62,683 nt of DNA from Dehalococcoidia bacterium (GTDB lineage Bacteria; Chloroflexota; Dehalococcoidia; GIF9; AB-539-J10). The number at the start of each line of letters is the position of its first letter. Positions within the stretch are counted from its first letter, which is position 1. Location: positions 1 to 62,683 of the forward strand of contig JAGGZD010000018.1 of the NCBI GenBank assembly GCA_021162245.1, given 5' to 3'. Below are positions 27,737 through 36,895 of this stretch, one piece after another. The translations under genes were made by a program, and so were the position numbers. Below the pieces are notes generated by a model. It worked only from the letters and a program-made list of their open reading frames with translations, was not told the origin of the DNA and did not search any database.

Positions 27737-30070
27737 CTACTCTATTAAGTAAGCATTCCGTAGTACCTCGGAGGGAGTAGTGATGCCCGCTTTTACTTTC
27801 ATCATGCCGTCCTTAATCAGGAGTGTCAACCCCTCTTCGATTGCCTGTTGCCGAATCCCAGCAGTGCTGGCGCCTTTTAGTATTTGCGTTCTTATTTTAT
27901 CGCTTATGGGTAAAACTTCGAACAGCCCTGTTCTGCCTCTATAACCTGTATAGGAGCACAGCTCGCAGCCATCGCCCTGGAGAAACTCGGTTCGCTCTTC
28001 CCCTGTTTCCCTGGTATAGGCTACTTGTTCCATCAGGGGAACCTGCTGGTAACTGGAGCAATGAGAACAAACACGGCGCACCATGCGTTGAGCCACTACG
28101 CCGATAATCGCTGAGGACACCAGGAAAGGTTCTATTCCCAGGTCAAGCAGACGGAAGACGACGCCGATGGCGTCATTGGCGTGGATGGAAGTGAGGACCA
28201 GGTGCCCCGTCAGGGCGGCCTGAATGGCTATTCTGGCTGTCTCAGCATCGCGGATTTCCCCTACCAGCATGATATCGGGGTCCAGTCGCAGCATGGAGCG
28301 TAATCCGCTGGCGAAAGTAACTCCTGCCCTGGCATTTACCTGGACCTGGTTGATATTGGGGAAGTGGTATTCAACAGGGTCTTCGATGGTAATTATATTT
28401 CGGGATACTTTGTCCAATTTATTCACTGAGGCATAGAGGGTGGTAGTTTTGCCTGAGCCTGTGGGGCCGCTAATTAAAATCATACCAAAAGGAACTTTAA
28501 GCATATCCTCATATTTGCTCAAGGCTTCAGGGGAAAAACCTAGCTGGGGCAAATCTATAATTCCCAGAGATTTATCCAGAAGGCGCAACACCGTCATCTC
28601 CCCATTGACTGTGGGTGATGTGGCCACACGAACATCTATAAACCTTCCCTTGGACTGGGTGGAAAATTGCCCGTCCTGAGGGCGGAGACGGTCAGCAATA
28701 TTCATATCAGCCATTATCTTTATTCTTGAAGTGAGCGGGAGGTGTATTTTCAATGGGAGCGACATAATATCCTGGAGCGCACCATCGATGCGGAAGCGAA
28801 TTCTTAACCTGTCTTCTTCTGGTTCGATATGGACATCGGAGGTTCTGGCTTTAACCGCTTCATCGACAATGAGGCGCAAGGCACTAGCCACAGGAGTATC
28901 CTGGGCAGCTTCAATCAGGCGTTGCTCATCCACTTTCCCTGCATCTACAGGCATGCGGGATATCTGGTCTTCTATTTGTCCGAAACCTTTATAGTTGAAG
29001 TCGATAGCTTCACGAATTTCCTTTTCACTGGCAGCTACAGGATATATTCTCATCTTGCTCTGCGACGCCAGCGCTTCCAGCGCAAAGATGTCAGACGGAT
29101 TTGCCATAGCCACTTGCAGAGCATTATTCACAATAGCCATGGGCATGACATTAAATCTTCTTGCCATGCTTTCGGGAATGAGCTGTAAAACTTCGGGTTG
29201 GTCTATGTGTTTAAGCGCTACTTCTTTCGGCTTGGTTTCGACTTCCGGCGTCGAATCGAGCAATTTTTCAATGGTGTTCTGGAGCTTGGCTGCACTCCCC
29301 TTCTTTTTTGTAGCTGTTTTCGGGGTGCGGTTATCTAGTTCAATAATCTTTATTCTCTGGTGCTCAGCAAACTGCTTAATTTCAGGCGCAATTTTCCCAG
29401 AAACCAGCAGAACCTTTCTTTGAATTCCACAATCATAGGATTTGGTGTCGAACAAGGATATCTGGTTTAAGTTTAATTCATTGCCGCTCAAATCATCTAT
29501 GCCCAGCTTATGAGCTATAAAGCCATCATCCAGGGAAGCCAGGATATCGAAATTGTATTCTGCCCCAGATTTCCCTCTAACTTTGCTGTTCTCCTCAACT
29601 ATATAGCCGAGCTCGCTCAGAATCTGTATTGCCTCGCTTTTTGTCTTAGGATGGAAAGAGGTGTTTTTCTTAGCCTGCCTGGCAGGAAGAGCTGTATCCA
29701 AAAATGCTGTTAGTGTTTTGTCATCGAAGATTCTTATTCGCTGTGCTTCAGCAAAACGTTTGGCCGCAGGCTCAATTCCGGGGAGGGCAATAAGTATTTT
29801 ATCCTGAATGCCACAATCATAACATTTGTCATCAAAGGTGAAGGCTCTACTCAGGCTTATTTCCTGCCCATTTTCATTTTGAGCAATATCTATGGCGACA
29901 GTATAAGTCATAAAGTCGCTGTCGCTACGAGCTAGAATATCGAACGCATGCTGAACGCCAGATTTACCTGTGAGAGAAGCATTTTGTTCCACTTTGTAGC
30001 CCTGCTCTTCAAGCCGTTGCACAAACTGGCTTTTAAGTTGCTCGACTTGTTTTCGTGCTATTTGTTGCAT
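27737..30070 (-). CDS. pilB: Type IV pilus assembly ATPase PilB (GspE family) with an approx. 250-aa N-terminal tandem-duplicated extra domain
   Basis: 777 aa. T2SSE_N-like segment (LIPESMARRFNVMPMA...), Walker A GPTGSGKTTT, Asp/His boxes, tetracysteine CSHC...CELC. Residues 8-120 and 143-247 are clear internal repeats. Confidence 0.92.
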   Translation of the reverse strand: MQQIARKQVEQLKSQFVQRLEEQGYKVEQNASLTGKSGVQHAFDILARSDSDFMTYTVAIDIAQNENGQEISLSRAFTFDDKCYDCGIQDKILIALPGIEPAAKRFAEAQRIRIFDDKTLTAFLDTALPARQAKKNTSFHPKTKSEAIQILSELGYIVEENSKVRGKSGAEYNFDILASLDDGFIAHKLGIDDLSGNELNLNQISLFDTKSYDCGIQRKVLLVSGKIAPEIKQFAEHQRIKIIELDNRTPKTATKKKGSAAKLQNTIEKLLDSTPEVETKPKEVALKHIDQPEVLQLIPESMARRFNVMPMAIVNNALQVAMANPSDIFALEALASQSKMRIYPVAASEKEIREAIDFNYKGFGQIEDQISRMPVDAGKVDEQRLIEAAQDTPVASALRLIVDEAVKARTSDVHIEPEEDRLRIRFRIDGALQDIMSLPLKIHLPLTSRIKIMADMNIADRLRPQDGQFSTQSKGRFIDVRVATSPTVNGEMTVLRLLDKSLGIIDLPQLGFSPEALSKYEDMLKVPFGMILISGPTGSGKTTTLYASVNKLDKVSRNIITIEDPVEYHFPNINQVQVNARAGVTFASGLRSMLRLDPDIMLVGEIRDAETARIAIQAALTGHLVLTSIHANDAIGVVFRLLDLGIEPFLVSSAIIGVVAQRMVRRVCSHCSSYQQVPLMEQVAYTRETGEERTEFLQGDGCELCSYTGYRGRTGLFEVLPISDKIRTQILKGASTAGIRQQAIEEGLTLLIKDGMMKVKAGITTPSEVLRNAYLIE

Positions 30071-30125
30071 TGTAGTCCCGTTATTCTCCTGTATAACTAC
30101 GTTTAGCTACGTATTAATACCAACA

Positions 30126-30153
30126 ATATTAACATAATCATTCATATTGTCAA
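30126..30153 (-). promoter_or_regulatory. Candidate promoter for pilB
   Basis: On the minus strand, TTGACA (30153-30148), 16-nt spacer, TAATAT (30131-30126). Confidence 0.4.
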
Positions 30154-30172
30154 TTATACCTGGGTCCTCCTA

Positions 30173-30202
30173 TTGACAAAGCACTGGCTAATAGCTAACA
30201 AT
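30173..30202 (+). promoter_or_regulatory. Candidate promoter for the 1031-aa surface protein gene, leaderless-type geometry
   Basis: TTGACA (30173-30178), 17-nt spacer, TAACAA(T) (30196-30202). ATG at 30210 is 8 nt after the -10 hexamer and has no Shine-Dalgarno sequence. Confidence 0.5.
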
Positions 30203-30209
30203 AAGCTTA

Positions 30210-33200
30210 ATGGGCAAGAGGACATCTCTGGTATTATATCTGGGACTGGTTGCTTTGTTGGCATTACCTGGGTTGCTTCCCTTTATCAGACCTGAACTCG
30301 CTCTGGCTAACCCCGATGAACTGAAGTGGTCTATTGTGGATAGTCCTGGCGAAGAGGGCAATGTTGTAGTTAGCCCCAGTGAAATAAATGCTTTTGCCCT
30401 TGATTCTGAAAATGAAATCTACTATGCACTGGACATTCCCAATGAAATTATCTATAAGTCGATTGACGGAGGCATTACATGGGAGGATGATTTAGCCGAA
30501 GCGCTTCAAAGCGAAGGTGCTATTTTGCCTGCATGGGATATAGCTGTGGCGCCGAATGACCCGGAGTTATTAGCTGTGGTCACCGATGACAGACAGGAGG
30601 TTTATGTTTCCGAGGATGGTGGAGACAGCTGGACAGATATGCAACTTTCAAGTGCCACAGATTGGGATGCAAGCTTGCTCATTTCTGACATTGCCATTTC
30701 TCCGGAATACAGCGGCAATATAGATATCGCCGTGGGCACACGGAATCCAGATAGCTTTAACAACGGCGACGTCTGGGTAATAGAGTCAGAATTCCTTGCT
30801 GTCTGGAAGGCTCAGGAATTGGGACTGGATGTGACGTCAGTTCAATTTTCGCCTGATTACGGGAACGATGAGGCTATACTGGTTGTTGCCAGCGATGCTG
30901 ATAAAACTTATCTTTGCACTGGTATCAGAAATACCGGTGCAAATAGCACGAATTGGGAGGAAACCGATCCACCTAAAGTGGAGATAAGTGAATACAGCGG
31001 GGATTCACCGGGGGAAAGCGAAATTATCTTCTCCGACCTGGCATTGCCCTCTGATTATTCAAGGCTTCAATCCGGGAAACGTATTGTTTATGCTGCTTAT
31101 AGCTCAAACACAACTGCCGACGACGTTTACCGTATCGAAGACAGCGACGTCTTCAGGCTGGATACTAATCGCGGCGATGCAGTTTCTATAGCTTCCATTG
31201 CCTTCCATGGCACTTGCGACGGGGGGAAGTTGCTGGCCGGGGAAGTGGTATCTAAAGCGGATTCAGCTACTGCTTTAATTCACATTTGTTTTGAACCTGA
31301 AGAAGTCTTCCCCGATTGGGAGAAACCTGAAAAGCCACCCACGGGGGGAGCTATTTCAGACAATGCCAATGCTCAAGTTGCCTGGAGCAGTGATGGAGAA
31401 ATGGCTTATTGTGGGACAGGCACTAACCATGTAACGAATGCTAATGAGTGGGCTGACCCTGACAAATGGGCTGGCCAGGCTTATGATGAAAGCGCCTTTT
31501 CCCAAAGCGAAAATGATGGCGATACATGGAACCAGCTATCTCTCATAGACACTATGATGGCGCATCTTTGCGATTATGCACTGCTCACGGACACGGAGAA
31601 TGACGAAGCCCCATACCTTCTTTATCTGGTTTCGGTAAGCAGCAGATTCGACAGTATATGGCGAAGCGAAAGCGAAACACTGGAAACACTGGGGGAAATC
31701 TGGCAAAGAGTATTGTGCTTCGATGGCGCAACCGATGACATAGTTTTGAGGCCTACTCCAGAGGGTAGTCCAGAAGAGGCTATTTTCTTCGCCGCTCTGG
31801 ACAGCGATTACGCCCGCTGTTCAACGGACTATGGGGATACCTGGGAATGGGTCTGGGAATGCCCTCATATCACTGACTTAGCCGTAGTAAGCGACACATT
31901 GCTCTATGTCCTGGATGACAATTTAGTGAACAAGGGTGTATGGGAAGACAAGGACTATGGGGATACCTGGGAATGGGACATGGGTGTGGATACAGGCCTT
32001 CTTTCTGGTTACAGCATATCTACTAGCGGCGAGAATTTTGTTTTCGTTGGGGATGAAGGGGATGAAGGTATAGTTGCTTATTCGGTTGACGGTGGAGTCA
32101 CTTTTGAGCAAACTTTAGCTGTGCCTGAGTCAGAGCCGGGGGAAATATGGGTGATTCCCGACGAAGATTTCGATAACAATAGATTTATTTATGCTGCTGG
32201 CAGTGAAGGTGGAATTTACAGTTGGACTATCGAAGGGAGCACATCGTGGCAGCAATTGACCCCTCCCCATTCAGGATTTTGTGGCCTGACTCAGAGTGGT
32301 GGCGCTCTGTATGGAAATTATGGACCTGGCATTGCCCGTACGCTAATACCACACATGGTAACTATTACCGAAGATGATTGGGATGAACTTACTGTTGGAT
32401 TAGACAGTGGAACTTCCTTCAGAAAAGGTACGCTGAGGGCGGTACGCAATGAAACCATAGATTTATGGGCTATCGACGAGCGAACTTATGATTTTCCCCA
32501 AAGCGAAGGATGCCTATGGGTTTATTCCGACAGCATTGCCTTGCAATCACCATGGCCGACTTCGCCAGCTATAGGGGAATTGCTTCTCTGTGACCCCTGT
32601 GATTGCCATGCCAGAACATTCAGCTTCCGCTGGCGGAAATTACCTTCAACTGAAAAATATGACTTGTGGATATCCCTGGATGAGCAATTTGAATCTGTGC
32701 TGGCTAAAGTAGAGGTATCTCCTGTTGACCTTAGCGACCCTGCCTGCAATTCGCTTGAAATTCCGCTACGCTTTACTTGTGGGGAGATTTACTACTGGAA
32801 GGTGAGAGGCAGCGGCACCGAGGAGGAGAGCATTCATAGCCGCTGGTCGCCGCCAATGAACTTTACTGTAAAAATCTGCTCCTCGATGGGGAGCATGCAC
32901 ATTGCACCTGTAATAGAAGTCCCACAAAGCGACAGCAGCGATGTGCCCAGATCACCTGCTTTCTCCTGGACGGGCTTCTCTCATGCTACAAAGTATGAGT
33001 TTATTCTGGCCAGGGATGTTGACTTAACTCAGATAGTAGTCAGAGAGAAGGTGCCCATATCAGCTTATGTATATAATGGCAAACTCGATTGGGGCACAAC
33101 CTACTTCTGGAGGGTGAAAGCCATCGAGCCTGTTCCCAGTGAACCCAGTGTCATAAGTAGCTTTACCGTAGTGTCAGCGCCAGAGCCAACTGTCCCTGCA

Positions 33201-33305
33201 GCGGCAGTAGTAGCGCCACCAACACCATCCTGGGTATGGTTTATCATTGGCATACTGGCGCTGTTAGACATTGTCATCGTTGTGCTTTGCCTTGTCAGGC
33301 GGTAG
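30210..33305 (+). CDS. Large cell-surface protein: signal peptide, Asp-box (BNR) beta-propeller-like region, two C-terminal FN3-like modules, C-terminal TM anchor
   Basis: Signal LVLYLGLVALLALPG...ALA. Asp-box-like motifs SIDGGITW, SEDGGDSW, SENDGDTW, STDYGDTW, DKDYGDTW, SVDGGVTF. Repeated modules ending YYWKVRG / YFWRVKA. C-terminal WVWFIIGILALLDIVIVVLCLVRR. Confidence 0.75.
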   Translation: MGKRTSLVLYLGLVALLALPGLLPFIRPELALANPDELKWSIVDSPGEEGNVVVSPSEINAFALDSENEIYYALDIPNEIIYKSIDGGITWEDDLAEALQSEGAILPAWDIAVAPNDPELLAVVTDDRQEVYVSEDGGDSWTDMQLSSATDWDASLLISDIAISPEYSGNIDIAVGTRNPDSFNNGDVWVIESEFLAVWKAQELGLDVTSVQFSPDYGNDEAILVVASDADKTYLCTGIRNTGANSTNWEETDPPKVEISEYSGDSPGESEIIFSDLALPSDYSRLQSGKRIVYAAYSSNTTADDVYRIEDSDVFRLDTNRGDAVSIASIAFHGTCDGGKLLAGEVVSKADSATALIHICFEPEEVFPDWEKPEKPPTGGAISDNANAQVAWSSDGEMAYCGTGTNHVTNANEWADPDKWAGQAYDESAFSQSENDGDTWNQLSLIDTMMAHLCDYALLTDTENDEAPYLLYLVSVSSRFDSIWRSESETLETLGEIWQRVLCFDGATDDIVLRPTPEGSPEEAIFFAALDSDYARCSTDYGDTWEWVWECPHITDLAVVSDTLLYVLDDNLVNKGVWEDKDYGDTWEWDMGVDTGLLSGYSISTSGENFVFVGDEGDEGIVAYSVDGGVTFEQTLAVPESEPGEIWVIPDEDFDNNRFIYAAGSEGGIYSWTIEGSTSWQQLTPPHSGFCGLTQSGGALYGNYGPGIARTLIPHMVTITEDDWDELTVGLDSGTSFRKGTLRAVRNETIDLWAIDERTYDFPQSEGCLWVYSDSIALQSPWPTSPAIGELLLCDPCDCHARTFSFRWRKLPSTEKYDLWISLDEQFESVLAKVEVSPVDLSDPACNSLEIPLRFTCGEIYYWKVRGSGTEEESIHSRWSPPMNFTVKICSSMGSMHIAPVIEVPQSDSSDVPRSPAFSWTGFSHATKYEFILARDVDLTQIVVREKVPISAYVYNGKLDWGTTYFWRVKAIEPVPSEPSVISSFTVVSAPEPTVPAAAVVAPPTPSWVWFIIGILALLDIVIVVLCLVRR

Positions 33306-33339
33306 AGTAAGAATAGCACCCATTAGAGCTACGGGAGCA

Positions 33340-33368
33340 TTGACAAATTATGATAGGCTGCCTAAAAT
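33340..33368 (+). promoter_or_regulatory. Candidate promoter for vapBC
   Basis: TTGACA (33340-33345), 17-nt spacer, TAAAAT (33363-33368). GGAGG Shine-Dalgarno sequence precedes the vapB ATG. Confidence 0.5.
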
Positions 33369-33408
33369 ATGACAATGTAAGTTTTCGTGTGAAAACTGGA
33401 GGCCGAGT

Positions 33409-33648
33409 ATGAAGAATGTAGTAAAAGTAGGTAAAAGGTATCAGGTGGTCATTCCCAAGGAGGCCAGGGAGCAGCTTGGCATTAACGTTGAAGATAAGCT
33501 TATTGTCAGCGTTCGAAATGCCCAAATCATTATGCAACCCAAGCCACAGAGATATAGCGAATACATGCAGGGGTTGGGAAAGAAGGTCTGGAGAGAGATT
33601 GAGGCTACCGAATATGTGAGGAAGGAAAGAGAGGCATGGGGGAAATAG
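33409..33648 (+). CDS. vapB: AbrB/MazE/SpoVT-family antitoxin (VapB-like)
   Basis: 79 aa, VKVGKRYQVVIPKEAREQLGINVEDKLIV swapped-hairpin motif. Confidence 0.85.
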   Translation: MKNVVKVGKRYQVVIPKEAREQLGINVEDKLIVSVRNAQIIMQPKPQRYSEYMQGLGKKVWREIEATEYVRKEREAWGK

Positions 33649-34100
33649 AAAAGAGATGCCGAGAACTCCTGGTGCGCTATTCTATCCTGGGGCTGGACAC
33701 CATGCTCTTTATTTACCATTTCGAGGAGAATAAGGACTACCTTCCCTTCACCAGAGCCCTTTTTGGCTTAATCGAGGATGGGATGATAGAAGGCAAGACC
33801 TCGATTATCACCCGCCTTGAGATCCTGGTAAAACCCATAGAGGAGGGCGACGATATTCTAGCGGACGAATACAAACTTATACTGGAGAATTTCCCCCACC
33901 TTGAAGTTGCTCCGGTTGATGCCGGGATAGCAGATTTAGCCTCAAGCCTTAGAGCCAAATATAAACTCAGGACTCCCGATGCCATACAACTTGCTACCTC
34001 GATTGCGAAAGGTGCTCAGGCATTTGTGACCAATGATGAGTCTCTGAAGAAGGTTAAGGAAATCGAGGTCGTTGTCATGAGGGAGAGCTCAGGTGATTGA
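33636..34100 (+). CDS. vapC: PIN-domain ribonuclease toxin VapC
   Basis: Acidic PIN residues in LGLDTMLF, TRLEILV, TPDAIQLAT, FVTNDESL. Overlaps vapB by 13 nt. Confidence 0.85.
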   Translation: MGEIEKRCRELLVRYSILGLDTMLFIYHFEENKDYLPFTRALFGLIEDGMIEGKTSIITRLEILVKPIEEGDDILADEYKLILENFPHLEVAPVDAGIADLASSLRAKYKLRTPDAIQLATSIAKGAQAFVTNDESLKKVKEIEVVVMRESSGD

Positions 34101-34164
34101 GACATCGTTCCCTCTTGAATTTTGTAACATTTTCACTGGACAGCAACGTAGAAGAGGCTTAACT

Positions 34165-34193
34165 TTCACAATCTAATAATATTTTGTTATACT
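34165..34193 (+). promoter_or_regulatory. Candidate promoter (extended -10) for the hdrD-like/flx operon
   Basis: TTCACA (34165-34170), 17-nt spacer ending TGT, TATACT (34188-34193). Confidence 0.45.
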
Positions 34194-34302
34194 GGCTAAG
34201 TCTATTTTGTCCTGTGCTACGAAAAAAGAGGATATCCAGCGGACATCCAGGCAAGTTATCCTTTTTATTTAGCGGCTTTCTTAAAGTCATGGTTAATATC
34301 GA

Positions 34303-35454
34303 ATGGAAGTACTAAGTCCTTACAAAGAAGCTACTGAAGTAATCGCCGAGGCTGGCGGCGATCCTCTTAAGTTATGTTATCAGTGCGGTCTTTGCACCGG
34401 CGTTTGTCCATGGAACCTGGTTAGGAATTTCATTGTGCGCCGCGTCATACACGAAGCCCAGCTTGGAGCAACCGACTTTGGCGGCGAGGAAGCCTGGCTT
34501 TGTGCTACCTGTAATGCCTGCGTCCAGAGATGTCCTCGCGGCGTAGAAATAATCGACATTATGCGCGCTACGCGCCGAGCCATAGTTAGTTTGGGCATCG
34601 GCGTCGTTCCAGACGCTCTCCGAATTTCTGCCAAAAACATTGCCGGCAGTGGCAACCCACTTGGCGAGGCACCAGAGAAACGCGGCGATTGGGCAAAGGA
34701 CATAAATGTAAAGAAATTCACCCCGGGCATGGAGGTGCTTTATTTCCCCTGCTGCATCCCCGCCTATGACCCCGACGTTAAGAAAGTGTCGCAGGCTACC
34801 GCAACCATACTTAATAAATTGGGAATCGATTTCGGCATTCTGGGCAGTGAAGAGAAATGTTGTGGCGAGGCAATTCGAAAAGCTGGGTATGAAGACACGT
34901 TTCTCAGTCTGGCTCAATCCAATATCGACCTCTTTAATAAAAACAACGTTAAAACCGTGGTAGTTTCTTCCCCTCACTGTTACCATACTTTTAAAAATGA
35001 ATACCCTGAACTCGGAAGCAGCTTTGAAGTAGTTCATATTACCCAGTACCTGGCATCGCTTATCGAGGAAGGGAAACTGAATTTTTCCAAAGAAATAAAT
35101 AAAAAAGTAATTTACGCCGACCCCTGCTACCTGGGACGACATAATGGTATATACGATGAGCCGAGAAAGATATTGCAAAGTATTCCGGGGTTAGAATTAA
35201 TTGAATTTCCAGATTCTCGTGAGGAGGCTATTTGCTGCGGCGGTGGAGGTGGCAGAATTTGGATGGATACTGCAAAGGGGGAAAGGTTCTCTGATATAAG
35301 AGTAGAGCAAGCCCTTGAAAAGGGCGCTGCTATAATAGCGCTGGCCTGCCCTTACTGCTTCCTTAATTATAGAGATAGCGTGCTCAGTATGGACAAAGCA
35401 GAGGTTATTGAAGTTAAAGATATATCCGAGATTGTTGCTGAAGCGATGGAATAA
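34303..35454 (+). CDS. HdrD-like soluble (Fe-S)-binding protein (fused HdrC-like ferredoxin + HdrB-like CCG domains)
   Basis: CYQCGLCTGVCPW and CATCNACVQRCPRG 4Fe-4S motifs, then two Cys-rich CCG-type regions (KCCGEA, ICCGGGGG, CPYCF). No TM segments. Confidence 0.85.
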   Translation: MEVLSPYKEATEVIAEAGGDPLKLCYQCGLCTGVCPWNLVRNFIVRRVIHEAQLGATDFGGEEAWLCATCNACVQRCPRGVEIIDIMRATRRAIVSLGIGVVPDALRISAKNIAGSGNPLGEAPEKRGDWAKDINVKKFTPGMEVLYFPCCIPAYDPDVKKVSQATATILNKLGIDFGILGSEEKCCGEAIRKAGYEDTFLSLAQSNIDLFNKNNVKTVVVSSPHCYHTFKNEYPELGSSFEVVHITQYLASLIEEGKLNFSKEINKKVIYADPCYLGRHNGIYDEPRKILQSIPGLELIEFPDSREEAICCGGGGGRIWMDTAKGERFSDIRVEQALEKGAAIIALACPYCFLNYRDSVLSMDKAEVIEVKDISEIVAEAME

Positions 35455-35501
35455 GAGCAATCGATGTTCACCGCCCAATGTACAGTTTAGTGGAGAGATA
35501 G

Positions 35502-35930
35502 ATGAATCAAGAGTCAGAACGGAAACCCAGGATACTCGGTTTTTTATGCCGCTGGTGCAGCTACGCTGGCGCCGACCTGGCGGGGACCAGTCGTAAGAAA
35601 TATCCAGCCAACATAGAAGTAATAAGAGTTCCCTGTTCGGGGAGAGTTGATCCCCTTTTCGTCATCAAGGCACTGCGATTAGGTTTTGACGGGGTGTTGG
35701 TCTCAGGCTGCCATCCCGGTGATTGTCATTATCAGACAGGTAATTACCGCACCCGAAGAAGAATGGCCATAACTAAAAAATTCCTCGAATATGTAGGCGT
35801 CGAGCCCGAACGCATTCAGGCCAGCTGGGTTTCAGCCTCAGAAGGGGGAAAATTTGCCGAAGTGGTCACCAAAATAACAAAGGAACTAAAGGAAATCGAG
35901 CCCAATCGATTATTTGACGATGAAGAATAG
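35502..35930 (+). CDS. mvhD: MvhD/FlxD-type hydrogenase delta-subunit-like [2Fe-2S] protein
   Basis: 142 aa, FLCRWCSYAGADLAG...IRVPCSGRVDP...VSGCHPGDCHY. Confidence 0.88.
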   Translation: MNQESERKPRILGFLCRWCSYAGADLAGTSRKKYPANIEVIRVPCSGRVDPLFVIKALRLGFDGVLVSGCHPGDCHYQTGNYRTRRRMAITKKFLEYVGVEPERIQASWVSASEGGKFAEVVTKITKELKEIEPNRLFDDEE

Positions 35931-36885
35931 CGAAATCGAGCAAAGGTTGCGCCAGGAAGCTAAGGCCTTGCTGGAGCAAGGGAAGGTTGATTGTATCATC
36001 GGTTATGAAACAGGTAGCCTGAAATTCACCACAACCCCTCTAATCACCAGGAACAAAGACGATGTTGAACGCTTAATAGTTAGTCCATTCATTGTAAATA
36101 ATCTGAGCGTATATCTGACCGAGATTAAAGGGAAGGTAGGCATCATAGCCAAGGGGTGCGACAGCCGTTCCATCGTTAACTTAATACAAGACAACAAAAT
36201 AGCCAGGGAAGACGTTGTAATTATGGGCATTCCCTGTCCCGGTTTGATTGACCTGAATAAGATTGAGCTTTCACTGGGCAAGGACAGAGATGAATTAGAC
36301 AACGTTACCAGAGACAACGACAGAGTAGTTATAACGATCGATGGGAAGGAAAAGGATTTCCCGATTACAGAAGTTCTTTTTGATAACTGCCTTGAATGCG
36401 AGTTTCCTACCCCCCGGGAGTATGACGTTCTCCTTGGTGAACCATGCGCTCCTGTCAAGAGTGAAGTGAGTAAGAAGACAAGCATAAAGGAACTGGAAGC
36501 AATGCCACGTGGGGAGCGGTGGAACTACTGGAAAGAGGAATTCAGTCGCTGCATCAGGTGCTATGCCTGCCGCAATGTTTGCCCCGCCTGTTTTTGCCAG
36601 AGATGCTTCGTCGAGGAAAGTGAACCCCAATGGGTATCACCAACTCCCAAGTGGCAGGATAATCTCATGTTTCAAGTAACCAGAAATATCCACGTGGCAG
36701 GAAGATGTACAGATTGCGGGGAATGCGAGCGCGCTTGCCCCATGAATATTCCGCTTAGAAGCCTGACAAAGAAAATGTACGATATAGTGGACGAACAATT
36801 CCACTACAAGGCAGGGACAGATAAAAATGCGTCGCCATTGCTAACAGCCTATGAGGCTGCAGAGGTTGAGGACTTCATAAGGTAG
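35914..36885 (+). CDS. 4Fe-4S cluster protein (FlxC/HydB-like electron-transfer subunit)
   Basis: CIRCYACRNVCPACFC and CTDCGECERACP motifs. Start ATG at 35914 or 35920. Confidence 0.7.
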   Translation: MTMKNSEIEQRLRQEAKALLEQGKVDCIIGYETGSLKFTTTPLITRNKDDVERLIVSPFIVNNLSVYLTEIKGKVGIIAKGCDSRSIVNLIQDNKIAREDVVIMGIPCPGLIDLNKIELSLGKDRDELDNVTRDNDRVVITIDGKEKDFPITEVLFDNCLECEFPTPREYDVLLGEPCAPVKSEVSKKTSIKELEAMPRGERWNYWKEEFSRCIRCYACRNVCPACFCQRCFVEESEPQWVSPTPKWQDNLMFQVTRNIHVAGRCTDCGECERACPMNIPLRSLTKKMYDIVDEQFHYKAGTDKNASPLLTAYEAAEVEDFIR

Positions 36886-36895
36886 GAGATAAACA

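Noticed and set aside
34372-35178. 268-aa and 116-aa minus-strand ORFs antisense to the HdrD-like gene
   Set aside because: The sense strand encodes canonical 4Fe-4S and CCG motifs. The antisense frames have no recognisable features.
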